A stretch of 64,000 nucleotides of DNA, taken from Candidatus Woesebacteria bacterium UBA5941 (GTDB taxonomy: Bacteria; Patescibacteriota; Microgenomatia; UBA8517). Shown piece by piece: positions 61,562 through 64,000 of the stretch; the first letter of the stretch is position 1; the number at the start of each line of letters is the position of its first letter. Location: positions 33,460 through 97,459 of the forward strand of contig DJCV01000013.1 of NCBI GenBank assembly GCA_002430735.1. Direction: 5' to 3'. The notes below the pieces were generated by a model, which saw only the letters and a program-made list of their open reading frames with translations, searched no databases and was not told where the DNA came from. The position numbers were made by a program, and so were the translations under genes.

Positions 61562-63118
61562 TTATTTCTTCGCTTTCTTTGAAGCACTGCCAATCGCTTC
61601 CGTAATCGTTCTGAAGCCGTTCTTCTTAAGTAGATCAGGGAGTTCTGTATTAATATTCGCAACAAGCTGTGGGCCTTCAAAAATCATTCCTGTTATGAGT
61701 TGTACCAAACTTGCGCCACGGGTAATTTTTTCATATGCATCGTGTGCATTAAAAACCCCTCCACACCCAATGATCGTAAGACGCTTCTTGTAATGCTTGT
61801 AAGTTAAGGAAATTAATTCATTCGAGCGATCAAATGTTGGCTTGCCGCTAAAATTTCCTTTCGGGAATTTTGAAACTTCTGATTGATTCAGCGCGGGGTG
61901 ACTCCGATCCTTTTGCAAGTTTCCAAAAATGACTCCTGTCACTGAATGTTTGCTAATTACCTCTAGCATGGACAGCACCTCTTTATTTGATTTCTCGATA
62001 GGCATTTTTATAAAAATAGGTCGAGTAATGTGTAGACTGTCAATTGCGGTTAAGAGTCGATTAAGATTTTGTGGCGGATAAAAACTCACATTTGTAAGTA
62101 AGTTTGGACAACTAATATTTAATTCATAATACGAGTGGTTGCCATTTGATCGCTCAAAAAGGATAAATGCGCGAACAATGTCATCAATACTTTTTTTAAC
62201 CGTATTAACACTCGGTGTATTTGTTTTTCCAATCGAAATCCCGACCGGAATTGGAAACACGAGGCCTTTTAATCGATCTATTGTTTTTGTCGCTCCAAGG
62301 TTTTTAAACCCTTTATTCACCATTAATGACTTTGATTTTGGAAGTCTGCCAAGCATTGGTGAGGGGTTTCCTTTATATGGTCGGTTGGTAATAGTTCCAA
62401 CGGTTTGAAATCCAAAGCCAATACCATCAAGTGTCTGCGTGAGTCGTGCCTCATAGTCAAACCCAGCAGCAAGTCCGATTGGGTTTTTAAAGTACACACC
62501 TGCAATCGATTGAGAAAGCGATTTGTCTTCTCTGACAAATAAGAAATGGGCAAGTTTTTTGAAGAGCCAGAGGCTGCCCACGCGTTCTCCAAAGTGGACC
62601 ATATTCGTGTGTACTCTCTCGGGGGGTAGTAAAAAGAGTATTTGTTTAAGTACATATACATAGAGAATGCGAATAATGAATTGTGTGAGCTGTTTCCGCT
62701 CTTTGGCAAAGTAAAACAGGATACCGAGAAAAAGAAGCGTGCTTGTTGCAGCTGACACCATGCAATACACACATAACGCATGAATAACAAAAAGCTGTAG
62801 GTATACAAAATAAAGCGAACTCACAAATCCAATACAGGACATTACAATCGCTAGAAACACGAAGGATCGTTTGTGGAGGAGAATAACTGTTAAAAGCACA
62901 AAGGAAAGTATCGTATAGTGTACAAATCCAATGAGTGCAAGGGGAATACCAATGACTACTGAGTAACTACTTCTCAAAACGGTCCCACAATCTCCCAGTA
63001 AGGAATTGGCGCTGCATGGCGGTATTGTTTTTTGAAAGTGTTCGTATGCTAAATACCCTGAGTCAAATAACCCAAGGAGCGCACACAGGAGTAGCAGTAC
63101 TGGCCAGTACTTTTTCAT
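61562..63118 (-). CDS. pyrD: VKOR domain fused to class 2-like dihydroorotate dehydrogenase
   Basis: N-half: DSGYL, C-x8-C loop pair, SSYS, GIPLA, CVYC. C-half: PERVH, NPIGLAAGFD, NISCPN, IKMP, SGKP, IIGCGGV, GASLVQL. One uninterrupted frame. Confidence 0.88.
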   Translation of the reverse strand: MKKYWPVLLLLCALLGLFDSGYLAYEHFQKTIPPCSANSLLGDCGTVLRSSYSVVIGIPLALIGFVHYTILSFVLLTVILLHKRSFVFLAIVMSCIGFVSSLYFVYLQLFVIHALCVYCMVSAATSTLLFLGILFYFAKERKQLTQFIIRILYVYVLKQILFLLPPERVHTNMVHFGERVGSLWLFKKLAHFLFVREDKSLSQSIAGVYFKNPIGLAAGFDYEARLTQTLDGIGFGFQTVGTITNRPYKGNPSPMLGRLPKSKSLMVNKGFKNLGATKTIDRLKGLVFPIPVGISIGKTNTPSVNTVKKSIDDIVRAFILFERSNGNHSYYELNISCPNLLTNVSFYPPQNLNRLLTAIDSLHITRPIFIKMPIEKSNKEVLSMLEVISKHSVTGVIFGNLQKDRSHPALNQSEVSKFPKGNFSGKPTFDRSNELISLTYKHYKKRLTIIGCGGVFNAHDAYEKITRGASLVQLITGMIFEGPQLVANINTELPDLLKKNGFRTITEAIGSASKKAKK

Positions 63119-63193
63119 TACTTTTTCGTTTTGCAACAATCGCAGTTGCAGCCACAACAATTATTATTCATTGAAATTCACCACCTTTATTGA

Positions 63194-63236
63194 AGAATAC
63201 CCAATGAGAGGTGTCGTGTATGTGACGAATATCACT
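63194..63236 (-). promoter_or_regulatory. class II CRP/FNR-type promoter of the VKOR-pyrD gene
   Basis: TGTGA-cgaata-TCACT at 63221-63236; -10 TATTCT at 63199-63194; site centre at -41.5 if the hexamer starts at -12. Confidence 0.7.
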
Positions 63237-63855
63237 TCGCGATCTCTTTCTGCAAATCTGAGAGTTTGAGTATTGTCACTCTATTGTTTTGCGTTGTAAG
63301 AAGACCTGCTTTCTTTAACGTTTGTAAGTTACGGCTTACCGTTTCTCTCTGTAATCCAAGCCATGAGGCAATCTGTTCTTGGGAAGTTGTGATTGCAACC
63401 GTATCTTCTCCCGTATTTTCTTTTTCTGCGAAATATACCAGTAAACGCACAATTTTTTGATATGCATCGCTAAAAAGTATTGTTTCTATCCGAGTTGTAA
63501 GTCCCATCATTGCTTTTGAGAAACTGACTGCTAAGTTAAATAAAACGTCTGGTTGCTCGTGAAGAAACAAAAGGACATCAGAAAGAGGAGCTTTAAAGGC
63601 TGTTACTTCTTCTTGTGTCTGAAAGTAGTACGTGTTTTGCCTTTCGCTCAGCGGAATCATGAGCGGAAAGTATGCACCAGCTTTGAAGATGGTCAGTGTT
63701 ACTTCCTCACCCTCAGGTGAGAGCGCATACATTCTGACTAGACCTCTTTCTATGTAGTAAATATCTTCAATCGAGGTACTGGGTTGTATGATAATTTGTC
63801 CCTTTTTGAACGTACAAGGGGTGTGTTTTGAAAAAAAAGTGGCTGGGGTGCTCAT
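63232..63855 (-). CDS. Crp/Fnr family transcriptional regulator
   Basis: cNMP-binding fold (FKKGQII, YYIERGLV, GEEVTL); HTH SQEQIASWLGLQRETVSR. Confidence 0.93.
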   Translation of the reverse strand: MSTPATFFSKHTPCTFKKGQIIIQPSTSIEDIYYIERGLVRMYALSPEGEEVTLTIFKAGAYFPLMIPLSERQNTYYFQTQEEVTAFKAPLSDVLLFLHEQPDVLFNLAVSFSKAMMGLTTRIETILFSDAYQKIVRLLVYFAEKENTGEDTVAITTSQEQIASWLGLQRETVSRNLQTLKKAGLLTTQNNRVTILKLSDLQKEIAK

Positions 63856-64000
63856 AGTGAGGAGTATATCAAGAAATCTAAGGGTAGACGATCTCCTTAA
63901 ATACGTTAACTGCGTTGTGGAAGCAGTCTCTTTTGTGTCTCACCGACTACAAATACGACAAGCGAAGCAAGAGCGATCAATGTAAATTCGACAGGAGTAA

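Noticed and set aside
63788-63985. 65-aa plus-strand ORF at the window end
   Set aside because: It overlaps the crp start and promoter; the region looks intergenic, with an SD-like AGGAG at the very end for a gene beyond the window

Overview
About 64 kb of a reduced bacterial genome, standard genetic code. Gene content, mostly SD-less short leaders and giant single-TM surface proteins point to Patescibacteria/CPR, probably Microgenomates (inference, not a database result). From left to right: (1) A divergent F1-type ATPase operon (b-like, delta-like, alpha, gamma, beta, truncated epsilon). It has no subunit a or canonical c in the window, has gpmI embedded, and is preceded by a c-like hairpin lacking the ion-binding carboxylate. 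(2) tRNA-Pro, a DnaA-box cluster, rsmI, a putative structured ncRNA, tRNA-Arg, rfbB, a PEGA protein, mreB-like, a WecB/TagA glycosyltransferase and uppS. (3) A ~19-kb surface locus headed by a 2827-aa protein with two cytoplasmic MerR/BldC-like HTH domains, one TM helix and a repetitive fibre-like ectodomain. It is followed by paralogous secreted proteins, a beta-lactamase-fold protein, two LytR_C proteins and a stand-alone BldC-like HTH. (4) A 7TM + ATP-grasp/aspartyl-protease + two RimK cluster. (5) Orphan genes with their own promoter, SD and terminator, some splitting the secE-nusG-rplK-rplA-rplJ-rplL cluster, plus a PA14-repeat protein. (6) rnhB, rpsU, a deacetylase, a CPA2 antiporter, mscL, msrA, an amidase and a C39/TPR protein. 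(7) A VKOR-dihydroorotate dehydrogenase fusion behind a class II CRP-type promoter next to a Crp/Fnr gene. No CRISPR array, transposase or integrase was seen. All family assignments are by eye from motifs.
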